Source: a virus. Taken from it: a stretch of DNA of 64,000 nucleotides. Location: the IMG/VR virus record IMGVR_UViG_3300020421_000003; one strand, given 5' to 3'. Shown in pieces: positions 46,413 to 56,397 of the stretch (positions are counted from its first letter, which is position 1; every line of letters begins with the position of its first letter). The notes under the pieces were generated by a model that made no database searches, was not told the DNA's origin, and was given only the letters and a program-made list of their open reading frames with translations. Position numbers and translations under genes: made by a program.

Positions 46413-48726
46413 TGCAGGCATCGCATTCAGACTCATCGCCTGCATCAATCTCTGCTAAGAGATTGTCTAGTTTAGAAGTAGTCTCATCAACCCATCCAAT
46501 TGAATGAGCAGGATCGTCTACATCTTTTTTAGCATCGTATGTATTCTGATAGTAAGAAGTTTTCCAACCATACTTATAGGTCATTAGTAGGTCTTGTGCC
46601 ATAACGGATACAGGCACTTCATTGTTTTCAAATTTCTCTGGGTTATAAGACCAGTTGCCTGAGATGGCTTGGTCAAAGAATTTCTGCATGACTGCAACAA
46701 TCTCAACGTATCCTTTGTTGGATTGCATTTCCCATAGGAGAGTATAGTTATTCTTTAGTGTATTAAATTGTGGGACAATCTGCTTAAGAGGTCCTTTCTT
46801 TGATTTCTTAATGGACAAGTAGTCTCTAGGCGGCTCGATTCCATTGGTTGCGTTTGACACAACGGAACTACTTTCCGATGGCATCTGTGCGGACAGAGTG
46901 CTGTGCCTGAGTCCGTATTCGTCGATAGATGTCCTAAGAGAATCCCAATCATACTTGTATTCAGGTGCGACTAATTCATCCACGTCCTTCTTATATGTAT
47001 CAATTGGTAAAAGTCCATCAGAATACTTCGTGCGGTGGAATGCTTCACATGGACCACGCTCTTGAGCGAGTCTATTAGATGCTCTCAGCAGGTAGTATTG
47101 GAATGCTTCAGTCAACTCATGGACGAGTTTCAATGCACCTTTGTCATCGTAATGCTCACCATTCTTAGCAAGGTAGTGTGCTAGTCCGATGTATCCAATG
47201 CCCAGAGAGCGACGTGCAAGGGTGCTACGCTCAGCAGCGGCGACTGGATACTCCTGGTAGTCAATCAACTCCTCCAGACCCCTCACAGAGAGGTCACAGA
47301 GGTCTTCCATCTCATCTAGGGACTTAATCTTACCCACGTTGATAGCAGAGAGAATGCACAGAGCAATCTCACCACCACGATCATCGATGTGATTGATAGG
47401 ATCAGTAGGTAGAGTGATCTCCTGACAGAGGTTACTCATATTCACCTTGTCCTTGAAGGAAGAGTGAGTATTACAGTGGTCGATATTCATGATGTAAATA
47501 CGACCTGTCTCTGCTCTCTCCTTTAGTAGATCAAGGAAGAGTTGCTGGGCAGGGATGGTGAGTCTAGGGACTGACTGATCTGCCTCGTAACTACAATACA
47601 GATCGTCAAACTCATCAGTGCCGAAAGAGTCATACAACCCAGGGACATCATGAGGACTGAAAAGCGAAACTTCTCTGTTTCCGATGAATCTTTCATAAAA
47701 TAGTTTGCTAATTTGGATGGAGTAATCAAGTTTCCTTACTCGGTTGTCTTCTGTGCCTTTGTTGTTTTTGAGGACGATGATGTCTTCGATCTCTCTGTGC
47801 CAGATGGGGAAGTGGACAGTTGCGCTTCCACCTCGGACGCCATTTTGAGTACAGCATCTGACAGTGCTCTCAAACTTCTTGAGGAAAGGGATAACACCTG
47901 TGTGTTGAACCTCTCCGCCTCTGATTTTACTGTTGATGCCACGGATTCTGCCTGCGTTGATGCCAATCCCCGCCCTTTGAGCAACGTAGTAACCAATAGC
48001 CATGTCACTGCTAAAAATGCTATCGAGGGTGTCATCAGCATCAACAAGAACACAGCTAGCAAATTGTCGTAGAGGGGTCCTGACCCCTGCCATGATGGGG
48101 GTTGGGATGTTGATCCTGTGCTTTGAGATCGCGTTGTAGTATCGTCTGACATAATCGAGTCTTGTCTCTTGTGGATAGGTTTGGAAGAGAGTTGCTGCAA
48201 TCATGATGTACATCTGCTGGGGTGTCTCATACACCTCGCCAGATGATCGATCCTGCACGAGATATTTATCAACAACCTGCCTTAGACCAGCATATGTAAA
48301 CAAATAGTCACGGTCGTGGTCAATGAATGTTTCAATCTGATCCCATTCCTCATCAGTATATGCTTTGAGAATGGTCTTGTCATAGACACCACGCTCAATA
48401 CATCCCCACACATGCTCCTGAATATGAGGACGCAAGTCTGGGTGTCCATGATACACCTGCTTACGGAGACCAAACAGAAGCAGACGTGCTGCTACAAACT
48501 GATAGTTTGGTGACTCCAATGTAATCAAATCATTAGCAGAGCGCACAAGAATCTCTTGGATGTCTGATGTCTGAATGCCATCAAATAGTTGGAGGTTAGC
48601 ATTCATTTCGATTGCTGACTCGGACACACCAGCAAGTCCTCTGCAAGCGTGCTCTACCATTTCATGGATTTTACTTAGGTGGATCTCTTCCACCTGTCCG
48701 TTGCGTTTGACAACTGTGTTGCTCAT
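46405..48726 (-). CDS. nrdA: Ribonucleotide reductase class Ia alpha
   Basis: ATP cone VVKRNG, ASCVL, SNLCQEI, C-terminal CDAC. Confidence 0.98.
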   Translation of the reverse strand: MSNTVVKRNGQVEEIHLSKIHEMVEHACRGLAGVSESAIEMNANLQLFDGIQTSDIQEILVRSANDLITLESPNYQFVAARLLLFGLRKQVYHGHPDLRPHIQEHVWGCIERGVYDKTILKAYTDEEWDQIETFIDHDRDYLFTYAGLRQVVDKYLVQDRSSGEVYETPQQMYIMIAATLFQTYPQETRLDYVRRYYNAISKHRINIPTPIMAGVRTPLRQFASCVLVDADDTLDSIFSSDMAIGYYVAQRAGIGINAGRIRGINSKIRGGEVQHTGVIPFLKKFESTVRCCTQNGVRGGSATVHFPIWHREIEDIIVLKNNKGTEDNRVRKLDYSIQISKLFYERFIGNREVSLFSPHDVPGLYDSFGTDEFDDLYCSYEADQSVPRLTIPAQQLFLDLLKERAETGRIYIMNIDHCNTHSSFKDKVNMSNLCQEITLPTDPINHIDDRGGEIALCILSAINVGKIKSLDEMEDLCDLSVRGLEELIDYQEYPVAAAERSTLARRSLGIGYIGLAHYLAKNGEHYDDKGALKLVHELTEAFQYYLLRASNRLAQERGPCEAFHRTKYSDGLLPIDTYKKDVDELVAPEYKYDWDSLRTSIDEYGLRHSTLSAQMPSESSSVVSNATNGIEPPRDYLSIKKSKKGPLKQIVPQFNTLKNNYTLLWEMQSNKGYVEIVAVMQKFFDQAISGNWSYNPEKFENNEVPVSVMAQDLLMTYKYGWKTSYYQNTYDAKKDVDDPAHSIGWVDETTSKLDNLLAEIDAGDESECDACNV

Positions 48727-49715
48727 ACCTTTTTCCAATCTGTAAATTGTACCTTTGCTTTTAATCCTGAAAAGGTGTTGCTCTGTATTATAGCAGAGGG
48801 GTCAAGTCCTGCCAACACCATGTCATTAATATCTTTTTCTTTTACTGACTTCGGCCAGATAACTACTGCTTCGCCGCTTCCAATTGCCGAATCAATGCGC
48901 TGCACGATCTGTCGATTTCTCGGCTCGTTGTCGAAGACCCAGACCCTATGTTGATAAGGAAGAGTGCGGTGGTCAACATCGCTGCCACACATAGCAACAG
49001 ATTGCTTAATGAAAGTACTGTCGAATGGTCCTTCTGTGACATACACTGTTTCCTCTGGGTTTACTTGGTCTTGTCCGAATAGTTTAAGTTGATCCTTAAA
49101 CATCACGGTGATGTATCGTAGCGTAGAAGTTGCCGCCATAGATCTACCCTGAATGCCAAACCAATTACCGTCCTTGTCAATGAGAGGGATAATAATTCTA
49201 GGTCTGTCATTCTGAAGGTTGTCAAATGTTTGGCGCTGAGTGTTGACCCACCTCTTAAACTTATCAACATAGAAGAATCTACCCAGTTGATCTTCTGGGA
49301 TTCTTCTATCGAGGAGATACTTCTTGGCGGGGTGCGTTGTATTTAGCTCGCTGATTGGAGTGAGATCTGTCACTTTGTTAGCAAACTTTGGCTTAGCACC
49401 TTTGTATTCTGGAGCAGGTGTGTGCCTGCCTTTACCTGTCATCCCCTGCTTATACTTCTCCATGATAAACTCAGCATGGAGGTCAACCGCATTGTCTTTT
49501 AGAAAATTAGACAGCGATCTACCCATGCCACAGTTGTGACACTTGAAGATGTATTCAGTCTTCTTCAGAAAAAAATACCCCCGTGCCTTATTCTTATGCT
49601 TCTGTGAGTCACCACAGTAAGGGCAGCGGAAGTTATAGAGTCCTGATTTGACGTGTTTGTATTTCTCTAGCCTGGTGCTGAGAAGTCGGATGTATTTGTC
49701 ATCGACGTAATCCAT
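48723..49715 (-). CDS. gp61: DNA primase
   Basis: CPYCGDS..CHNC zinc finger, TEGPFDS, KDIND. Confidence 0.96.
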   Translation of the reverse strand: MDYVDDKYIRLLSTRLEKYKHVKSGLYNFRCPYCGDSQKHKNKARGYFFLKKTEYIFKCHNCGMGRSLSNFLKDNAVDLHAEFIMEKYKQGMTGKGRHTPAPEYKGAKPKFANKVTDLTPISELNTTHPAKKYLLDRRIPEDQLGRFFYVDKFKRWVNTQRQTFDNLQNDRPRIIIPLIDKDGNWFGIQGRSMAATSTLRYITVMFKDQLKLFGQDQVNPEETVYVTEGPFDSTFIKQSVAMCGSDVDHRTLPYQHRVWVFDNEPRNRQIVQRIDSAIGSGEAVVIWPKSVKEKDINDMVLAGLDPSAIIQSNTFSGLKAKVQFTDWKKV

Positions 49716-50098
49716 GCAGAGCGGTCCATTACATCCACCATAGCAGATGGTTGCGAAGGTGTCAATGACCTGAGCAATGCTTGACCTGGGACGCTAACAA
49801 GGAAAGAGATCACAGCGAGACCACCGAAGATGGTCCACATCTTTTTCTCCATCATCCTTAGTCTATCATCCACTAAACGAATGTCTCTCTCACAACCTTT
49901 CTTGATTGTGTCACATTCTTTTGTTAGATCCGCGTGAAGTCTGTCCACTTTTTCAAATAGAATACCGTCAACTTCACTCTGCGTAGATAGTTTTTCGTTA
50001 TGTACTGCAAGTAGTTGACCCATCTTTACAGAATTATCCTGTAATGAATCAACTACCTTCTCTAGTCTCTCTAAAATTGCTGAATTAATGTCTGCCAT
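49667..50098 (-). CDS. Coiled-coil protein with C-terminal TM
   Basis: LLAVHNEKL; RLRMMEKKMW followed by TM. Confidence 0.6.
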   Translation of the reverse strand: MADINSAILERLEKVVDSLQDNSVKMGQLLAVHNEKLSTQSEVDGILFEKVDRLHADLTKECDTIKKGCERDIRLVDDRLRMMEKKMWTIFGGLAVISFLVSVPGQALLRSLTPSQPSAMVDVMDRSAWITSMTNTSDFSAPG

Positions 50099-50487
50099 TA
50101 TTCGGATCTCAATGCTGCTTGTCGTTTCTTCCAGTAAAACTGGATTACATCATTAGGATACAGACGTTTCACATCTAACTTCTTAAAGTTTTCTGGTCGA
50201 TAGATCTTACGAAGCTCTATCTTCAGTTGTGCTTCTGACTTACTATACAATACATACTGCTCTGCTCCATCATAGGAGATGAGGAATGGTAGGTATGAGG
50301 TATCTTTCTGCGCTCCTTCAGTCTTTAACATCTCAGACTGAGAAATAGTATAGCGACGACGCTTCTTAGGTTTCTTCTTCGACCCTCCTAGGAGAGGAGT
50401 GAAACCAGCATTGGGTCCAGTTGCATCAGCAGTGTTGCTGAAACCACCATCGCCTGCGCTCATTGTGGGTGCGTCTTCATTCATCAC
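50098..50487 (-). CDS. Hypothetical protein
   Basis: 129-aa ORF, MMNEDAPT N-terminus. Confidence 0.6.
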   Translation of the reverse strand: MMNEDAPTMSAGDGGFSNTADATGPNAGFTPLLGGSKKKPKKRRRYTISQSEMLKTEGAQKDTSYLPFLISYDGAEQYVLYSKSEAQLKIELRKIYRPENFKKLDVKRLYPNDVIQFYWKKRQAALRSE

Positions 50488-50855
50488 AGATCTTCTAGTA
50501 ATTCTTTTACGTCGTTATCGATATCAACAAGGTCAAGACATCCAGCAGGTACCTGTGGATATCTATTCAGATATACAAGAAAGGTCTTTATCAGGGACCA
50601 ATATTCTCTCTCTAATTTATACATCAGTAGCGGGATCGTCCCGTCACTAAACACATTAAACAGAATGATAAGATGATTGAGTATCAGATTGACACGGAGG
50701 ACACCCGTTTTCAAATACCTCTTGAGTAACCTCTTAAGGTATTTGAATTTCTTCATGTCCTCCATAAAATCATCTACGGTAACCGACTGTGGGTTATCAT
50801 AATGCTGAATAGCAAACATTAAATAATTTTTTTCACTGAGTTGATCAAAATGCAT
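50484..50855 (-). CDS. Hypothetical protein
   Basis: FAIQHYDNP...FKYLKRLL...LILNHLI.LFNVF. Confidence 0.7.
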   Translation of the reverse strand: MHFDQLSEKNYLMFAIQHYDNPQSVTVDDFMEDMKKFKYLKRLLKRYLKTGVLRVNLILNHLIILFNVFSDGTIPLLMYKLEREYWSLIKTFLVYLNRYPQVPAGCLDLVDIDNDVKELLEDL

Positions 50856-50874
50856 TATGTAAAACAGTCAGTTA

Positions 50875-51699
50875 TCAGGACCCGAAGGTCACGGTTGCTA
50901 CGCCATCGGTGATCACTTCTTCGGTGCCACCTGCTGAGGTAATCTTGACGCGATACTTGTAACCGTCCAGAGTGTCGCCAGCGAGACCACTGTAAGCAAG
51001 AGTTGCGGTCGTGAAGTCTGCATAGGTGATACCTGTATCAAGTCCAGCAGTGATGTTAGTCCACTTCTTGGTAGAGTTAGCAGTCTGACGTTGCCAGACA
51101 TAAGCAAGTGCTCCAGGTGTTCCTGTGGTAGAAGTGCTGAGCGTAAATGTGCCAGCGCCAGAGGAAGAAGTAGAAGCAGCAGGTTGTGCAGTAACAGTTA
51201 CAGCAGATGCAACATCAGCAACGATGGTGTCATCAGCGTCGTCACCAGCAGCACCAGCAGTAGCATGGACGAATGCTAAGCACTCTGCCTTATGCTTGGT
51301 GTCACCATTAGCAGTGGTGTATGTGCGATACTGCCACCAACCAGGACCTGTAATACCGCGAGACTTATTCTCAGCGAGTGACATTTCCGTGGTGTCAACA
51401 AATACGAGATCGTATGAGTTGCTGTCGCCACCCTTGATCACATACTCAGCAACCGCTTTAGGTGCAGTCCTACGGACAGCGCCAGCGAGTGCAGCAGCAG
51501 TGCTACCTGCGTATGCCTTGTGCAATTCGATTGCAGTCGTGCTAGTAACTTCTTTAACGATGTATGCAACGCTAGAGAGTTCTAAGATGTCGCCTACGGC
51601 GACGGTATCCGCAGCGTTTTTCGTAACAGTGGCGTCACCATTGGTGACCGCTACATTGTTTGCGAAGGTTGCGGCATCAATTTTTCCAAATACAGCCAT
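50875..51699 (-). CDS. Virion structural protein with C-terminal Ig-like domain
   Basis: A/T-rich; TAQP...YVWQ...DGYKYRVKI; TATAAATA at 51736-51743. Confidence 0.65.
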   Translation of the reverse strand: MAVFGKIDAATFANNVAVTNGDATVTKNAADTVAVGDILELSSVAYIVKEVTSTTAIELHKAYAGSTAAALAGAVRRTAPKAVAEYVIKGGDSNSYDLVFVDTTEMSLAENKSRGITGPGWWQYRTYTTANGDTKHKAECLAFVHATAGAAGDDADDTIVADVASAVTVTAQPAASTSSSGAGTFTLSTSTTGTPGALAYVWQRQTANSTKKWTNITAGLDTGITYADFTTATLAYSGLAGDTLDGYKYRVKITSAGGTEEVITDGVATVTFGS

Positions 51700-51744
51700 T
51701 GTTTCTCCGTGTATGAAGATTATATTCCTATAAGTTATTTATAG

Positions 51745-51921
51745 CTATTCTTCTTTCTGGAATAGAAGTGACTCTACTACGTCAACTGCTTTGTCATCCA
51801 ACTTGTTGTCAGTTGTAGACACCAGTGAGCGCAGCACATCCACGATAAAGTGACGCACTTCGTCTTTACCGAGTAGTCCGATAATTGTTTTCTTTGCTAA
51901 TGGTAGGAAAATTGCCCACAT
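51745..51921 (-). CDS. Small hypothetical protein (58 aa)
   Basis: Hand translation MWAIFLPLAKK...TDNKLDDKAV; GAGG RBS. Confidence 0.6.
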   Translation of the reverse strand: MWAIFLPLAKKTIIGLLGKDEVRHFIVDVLRSLVSTTDNKLDDKAVDVVESLLFQKEE

Positions 51922-51958
51922 AGATCAGTCCTCGTAGGTTACTGATCTATATATGTGA

Positions 51959-52345
51959 TTACTTCCCGCCTGCCTTCTTTCGATCGAAATCGATAGTAGC
52001 TTGCATCATCTTCGACTTCATGCGATCCTTAGCAGCTTTCTTTGCAGCGTCGTCTGCTACGTTATCTACCTTTGGCATGGCAGGGGAGTCGCATTCTTCT
52101 TTCTTGACATCCTGACCAGGCTCATACCACTTGCCATCGCCGTCAGAATCCTGCCAACGCTTACCTGCCTTGGCGGCTTTGATGTGCTTGTCTTTTTTCT
52201 TAGCAGCTTCCTTGAGTGCTTCTACGCTACTCACGATTCTACTTCTCAGATGTTCAGACATAAGGTCCTCTTTTCTTGGATTGATGGTGACATTACCTTT
52301 CTTGGTAGTCTTTAGAGATGATTCTTTATGACCAATTGGTTTCAT
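51959..52345 (-). CDS. Lys-rich protein, possible internal head protein
   Basis: WQDSDGDGKWYE; LKEA and KEE motifs. Confidence 0.55.
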   Translation of the reverse strand: MKPIGHKESSLKTTKKGNVTINPRKEDLMSEHLRSRIVSSVEALKEAAKKKDKHIKAAKAGKRWQDSDGDGKWYEPGQDVKKEECDSPAMPKVDNVADDAAKKAAKDRMKSKMMQATIDFDRKKAGGK

Positions 52346-53217
52346 TCCATCTCACCCATCTTTTGTAATTCGTCCTCAGTAAACAAACCTGAGTCCGATA
52401 GTTTATTTATAAAGTCCTCATTCTTTGCTTTGAGGTTTGCTTTACGCATTACCAATTCGGCACGACCGCCTTTGTCCATTCTACCTTGTGCCTTTGGTTT
52501 CTTAGAACCGCCAGCAGGTTGTGGACCAGCGCCACCGTCGTCAACTCTTCTGCCGTGAGAGTATTTTGCACCACTCCCTTTAGAATCGCCAGAGACCATC
52601 TTGCCACCTTGTGAGCGACCGTCTTGATACTCTTTCTCGGACTGTCCGTGCTTACCTTTGTAAAGCTCTGTCACGTCTTCTTCTTTGACACAGTTGGGGA
52701 CATCTTTGCCACCCTTCTTCTTAGTGCCAGCTGCTTTGTATCCGTCCCAGCACTTGCTAGCACCCACATTCTTGCGTGCTTGCTTGAGACCTTCAAGCAT
52801 TTCTTGATGGAGGTCATCGATATCAATGCCGACCACTTCTTCTTTGGTGGTCACGCCGAGGTCAGCAGCATCTCTCGCTGACTTCTCTCCTTTCTTACCG
52901 ACAACAATGTAACGACCGTCTGCCTTCTTACCAGTGATGAGCATAGAGTCACCACCTGATTGGACAACACGACCAACATTTCGATCATCCTTATACTCTG
53001 CCTTCTTCTTGGAGACAGTGTTACGATCTACTTTGAATCCTGCATAGCCCTCTACTGTGGGCTCATAAGCATCGAATGCTTCCATCACTTTCATGACACC
53101 CCTGTGGAGTCTCTGTGAGTCTGGAAGAGTATCTTCTTCGATTGCTTTGAGGATATATGCCTGCTCAGTAGGATTGTAATCCATGAGTGCCGCAGACACC
53201 AGCATTTCTAACGTCAT
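52342..53217 (-). CDS. Lys/Gly-rich protein, possible internal head protein
   Basis: CWDGYK...VPNCVKEE; modules separated by xxE sites. Confidence 0.55.
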   Translation of the reverse strand: MTLEMLVSAALMDYNPTEQAYILKAIEEDTLPDSQRLHRGVMKVMEAFDAYEPTVEGYAGFKVDRNTVSKKKAEYKDDRNVGRVVQSGGDSMLITGKKADGRYIVVGKKGEKSARDAADLGVTTKEEVVGIDIDDLHQEMLEGLKQARKNVGASKCWDGYKAAGTKKKGGKDVPNCVKEEDVTELYKGKHGQSEKEYQDGRSQGGKMVSGDSKGSGAKYSHGRRVDDGGAGPQPAGGSKKPKAQGRMDKGGRAELVMRKANLKAKNEDFINKLSDSGLFTEDELQKMGEME

Positions 53218-53247
53218 GTTTCTAAACCGAAATGAATTTCGCTGTAA

Positions 53248-54363
53248 CTATTTAGTTTCAGCAGATTTTCTGAAATCTGTGAATTTAATTGTCTTTTGAC
53301 CAGGAGTCATGTCCTGGAGTGCTTCACGGTAGCGGTCAGTCCCTGCTTTCCAGGTGTTACCACTGCCATCATCGGCACTGTAGTTGCTTTGATCCTTAGT
53401 AGTATCAGCAGCAACCTCTTGCTTGTGACTAAGATCTGATGGTCCTAGTTGTGCAACCTCACTGATGTGTTGCAACCAGCAGCGGTGCTCGCCACCCCAA
53501 CCATCACGCATGATGATGTAGTTAGTGCCACGGTGAGCAACCTTACCACGGATACCACTGTCATCATGCTCTACAATTGCACCCACCTTGTAGATGTGGT
53601 TGAGCATGTAGTGATCACGGAAGGCATCGAAGTCAAGTTTAGGAGCGTATGACCACACAGATTCGTGGACAGACTCACCCTTCTTACCCTTCTTCGCTTT
53701 AGGTGGAGGTGTCATCCCAGTGATGACATCACCCATCAGCTTCTTAGAGTCCTTGTATCCACCAGTCCCAGCGTGGAATGACTCATGGTCACCCCCTTGG
53801 GCGTGTTTACGCATTGCTGATGCAGACAGATTCTCGATAGGATCATCAGAATCAGTAGCACGAGCGCCTGCAGACTTAATGTTAATAGACTTGAAGTCAT
53901 AGTGCATACCATTATATTTGTTAGCAAGAGTTTCAAACTCTTTCACACGGTCGTCTCCGACCACCATGGTTACATGCTCATGTCCTTCATCGTGAAGATC
54001 ACGAAGGATATCAAAAATATTTCTGTGCGCTTCATTGTTTTGGATGGCATCCTTATGCCCCTTAAACATCTTACGCATGTGCTCCACCTTCTGATTTGCA
54101 GTCAGTGGATTCTTCTTATGATCTTGTGATCTAGATGGGTAGATACGATAGTTACCTGAGTCACCACCATGGTCCTTGACTGCATCAAGGAGTTTACCAT
54201 GACCAGCGTGAGGTGGGTTAAACCTACCGAAGGTGATAGCAACGTGCTTATCATCTATCTTTGCTTGAGCAGCAGGAGACTGACCCTTACTAGAGGTAGA
54301 AGGTTTCTTAGCAGCAGGTTTAGCTGCAGCTGCTGCCTCCCTGATAAATTGAATAAATCTCAT
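53248..54363 (-). CDS. HIGH-family nucleotidyltransferase (cytidyltransferase-like)
   Basis: TFGRFNPPHAGH, MVVGDDR, SASAMR. Confidence 0.85.
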   Translation of the reverse strand: MRFIQFIREAAAAAKPAAKKPSTSSKGQSPAAQAKIDDKHVAITFGRFNPPHAGHGKLLDAVKDHGGDSGNYRIYPSRSQDHKKNPLTANQKVEHMRKMFKGHKDAIQNNEAHRNIFDILRDLHDEGHEHVTMVVGDDRVKEFETLANKYNGMHYDFKSINIKSAGARATDSDDPIENLSASAMRKHAQGGDHESFHAGTGGYKDSKKLMGDVITGMTPPPKAKKGKKGESVHESVWSYAPKLDFDAFRDHYMLNHIYKVGAIVEHDDSGIRGKVAHRGTNYIIMRDGWGGEHRCWLQHISEVAQLGPSDLSHKQEVAADTTKDQSNYSADDGSGNTWKAGTDRYREALQDMTPGQKTIKFTDFRKSAETK

Positions 54364-55559
54364 TTGCCCCAATCTTTTGCGACGGTGAAGTTTGCTCGTG
54401 AAAACTCTAGACGATCAACAAGTTTGATTGCTTGTCCATCCATAATTGCTACAAATCCTTCTGGACTTGTGACACGGTATCCTTTCTCGTCTTCCAAGAA
54501 AGTGCCCACGCCTTCAATCTTTGTAAGTTTATTTATCACCTGCTCTTTTGCAGAGATAAGGTCCTTGAATCCAGTAAATGTATGGATCATTACAGACTTA
54601 TTATTATTTAGGTAAGCGAGAGCGTCTACCTTACGACGCTGCCACTCTTGCTGAGACTTTTCAGTCTTCTTCTTCTTGATCTCGTCGTCATACTTTGCTG
54701 TCACGAAGTTGATATAACCAGCAGCAATGCCTTCTGCAGAGGGGACATTGCCACCACGAATGACTTGGTTGAAATAGATCTTGAAGAGTGCAGGAGGTGA
54801 GAAGGTCTGTGGTCCACCTGCCTTCTGGATCTCATCTAGAAACTTCTTACCCTTGACAAGACTACGCTCTGCCTTACTGATAGTGCTGTTGAGTCTAGTG
54901 ATCTCACCTGGGTTTAGGTTTGCAATGCCGTTAGTATTCTGGAAGGTAGAGGAGAAGACAGCAACGTCTTTGACACCCTGCATACCAGATACATCGACAC
55001 CAAAACCAGCACTCATGTCACCGATGGTAGATCCACTGTAGGAGGTGTGGAATACAATGCCCAACTTAGACTTAGCAACCTTTGCACCTAACTCAGAGTG
55101 CTTAGGAATCACATAGGTGATGGTGTTAGGTTTGAAGTTGTAGCATGGTTGACCACGCATGGCAATGACGTTAGGTCTCTTAGTATAGAGGAGGTCACCC
55201 TGCACAACACCTTTGATAGGAAGTTTCTTCAACTCCTTGAGGCACTGCTTCAGGATGCCAGCGATTGCACCATTAGGATAGTGGAAGTCAATAAACTCAT
55301 CGGTGTAACAAATCTTAGGAGAAGTCTTATTGAAGACTGACTTGGTGCCAACGAAAAACTCTCCTGTCTGAGGATCTGTGCCGCAGATGATAGCAGGAGC
55401 ACCGTCCCACTTTACAGTCACCTTAGTATTCTTACCACCCTTACCTGTGGTGAGCATGTCACGCAGGGACTCTAGGAATTTGACAGCGTTGGTAGCACCA
55501 GCATATCCTTGGTTGAAGATGTCGTCTTCTAGGTGCTCTAGGTGTGTGTTTTTTGCCAT
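54360..55559 (-). CDS. DUF6267-like protein with ATP-ligase-type motifs
   Basis: HLEHLED, VKWDG, VQGDL, PEGFV, IKLVDR. Confidence 0.7.
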   Translation of the reverse strand: MAKNTHLEHLEDDIFNQGYAGATNAVKFLESLRDMLTTGKGGKNTKVTVKWDGAPAIICGTDPQTGEFFVGTKSVFNKTSPKICYTDEFIDFHYPNGAIAGILKQCLKELKKLPIKGVVQGDLLYTKRPNVIAMRGQPCYNFKPNTITYVIPKHSELGAKVAKSKLGIVFHTSYSGSTIGDMSAGFGVDVSGMQGVKDVAVFSSTFQNTNGIANLNPGEITRLNSTISKAERSLVKGKKFLDEIQKAGGPQTFSPPALFKIYFNQVIRGGNVPSAEGIAAGYINFVTAKYDDEIKKKKTEKSQQEWQRRKVDALAYLNNNKSVMIHTFTGFKDLISAKEQVINKLTKIEGVGTFLEDEKGYRVTSPEGFVAIMDGQAIKLVDRLEFSRANFTVAKDWGK

Positions 55560-55608
55560 GGTCTTATTATAGGTCAGAATGAGGCAGAGTCAGGGGCAGA
55601 GTGGACAC

Positions 55609-56397
55609 TTATAAACCTGGCTTCAGCAGGAAGTTGGCATCCTTGTCTAGGTCATGACTGCTCTTACCAAGTCCTGTGATCTTGAGTGCCATCAGGAATG
55701 ACCACCTTGCATTTGATGAGGAGTTAGTCTTGATACGAATTCTAATACTACTCTCTCTTACAGAGCTGGAGAATCGTGGACATCCATATCCCTCAACGTC
55801 TCTCCCCATATAAAACAGACCCTTACCTTTGACCTGTATGTAATATGTTTTCTTTGAGTTGTAGTATTTCTCTACCTCTTGTGCTGCTGCTGATCCCTTT
55901 GCTAGAAACTTATCTGGAAATCTTTTGAGATCTAATTTGTGTGCTGCCTTACGTTGATCAAGTGATGCGCTGCTATTCAACGTAAACTTAGCAGGTATAT
56001 TTTTCTGTGGTTGCCAATGAGCATTCGCTTCTCTTATAATACCATAGGACTCGGCAATACCAATCATTGTCCTTGCTGCTTCTTTCTGAGCAGACGATTT
56101 ATTCTTGTCAATGGTAAACTGCATTGACGAGGTATCGAAATCAAAATTCATTTGAGCGAAGTCGGCAGACAACTTCTCTTTTAGCTCAAACTTAATCACC
56201 TGATTCTTATAGGTGGGTGTCAATTCCAAGTCTGCCTTGGCATTGTCTGCTCCCGCAGGATCACCCACACTAAATCCGTCCTCCCTCAACTTCTTAATGA
56301 GATCCATTTCATACTGGAATCCAGCATTGATCTTCAGTTCTTGTGGGGAGGGACCATCACCATCATACAGTGGCTCTGAATCAATCTTTTTTGGCAT
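55609..56397 (-). CDS. Putative PD-(D/E)XK endonuclease
   Basis: GFQYE...ADL...FELK spacing. Confidence 0.45.
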   Translation of the reverse strand: MPKKIDSEPLYDGDGPSPQELKINAGFQYEMDLIKKLREDGFSVGDPAGADNAKADLELTPTYKNQVIKFELKEKLSADFAQMNFDFDTSSMQFTIDKNKSSAQKEAARTMIGIAESYGIIREANAHWQPQKNIPAKFTLNSSASLDQRKAAHKLDLKRFPDKFLAKGSAAAQEVEKYYNSKKTYYIQVKGKGLFYMGRDVEGYGCPRFSSSVRESSIRIRIKTNSSSNARWSFLMALKITGLGKSSHDLDKDANFLLKPGL

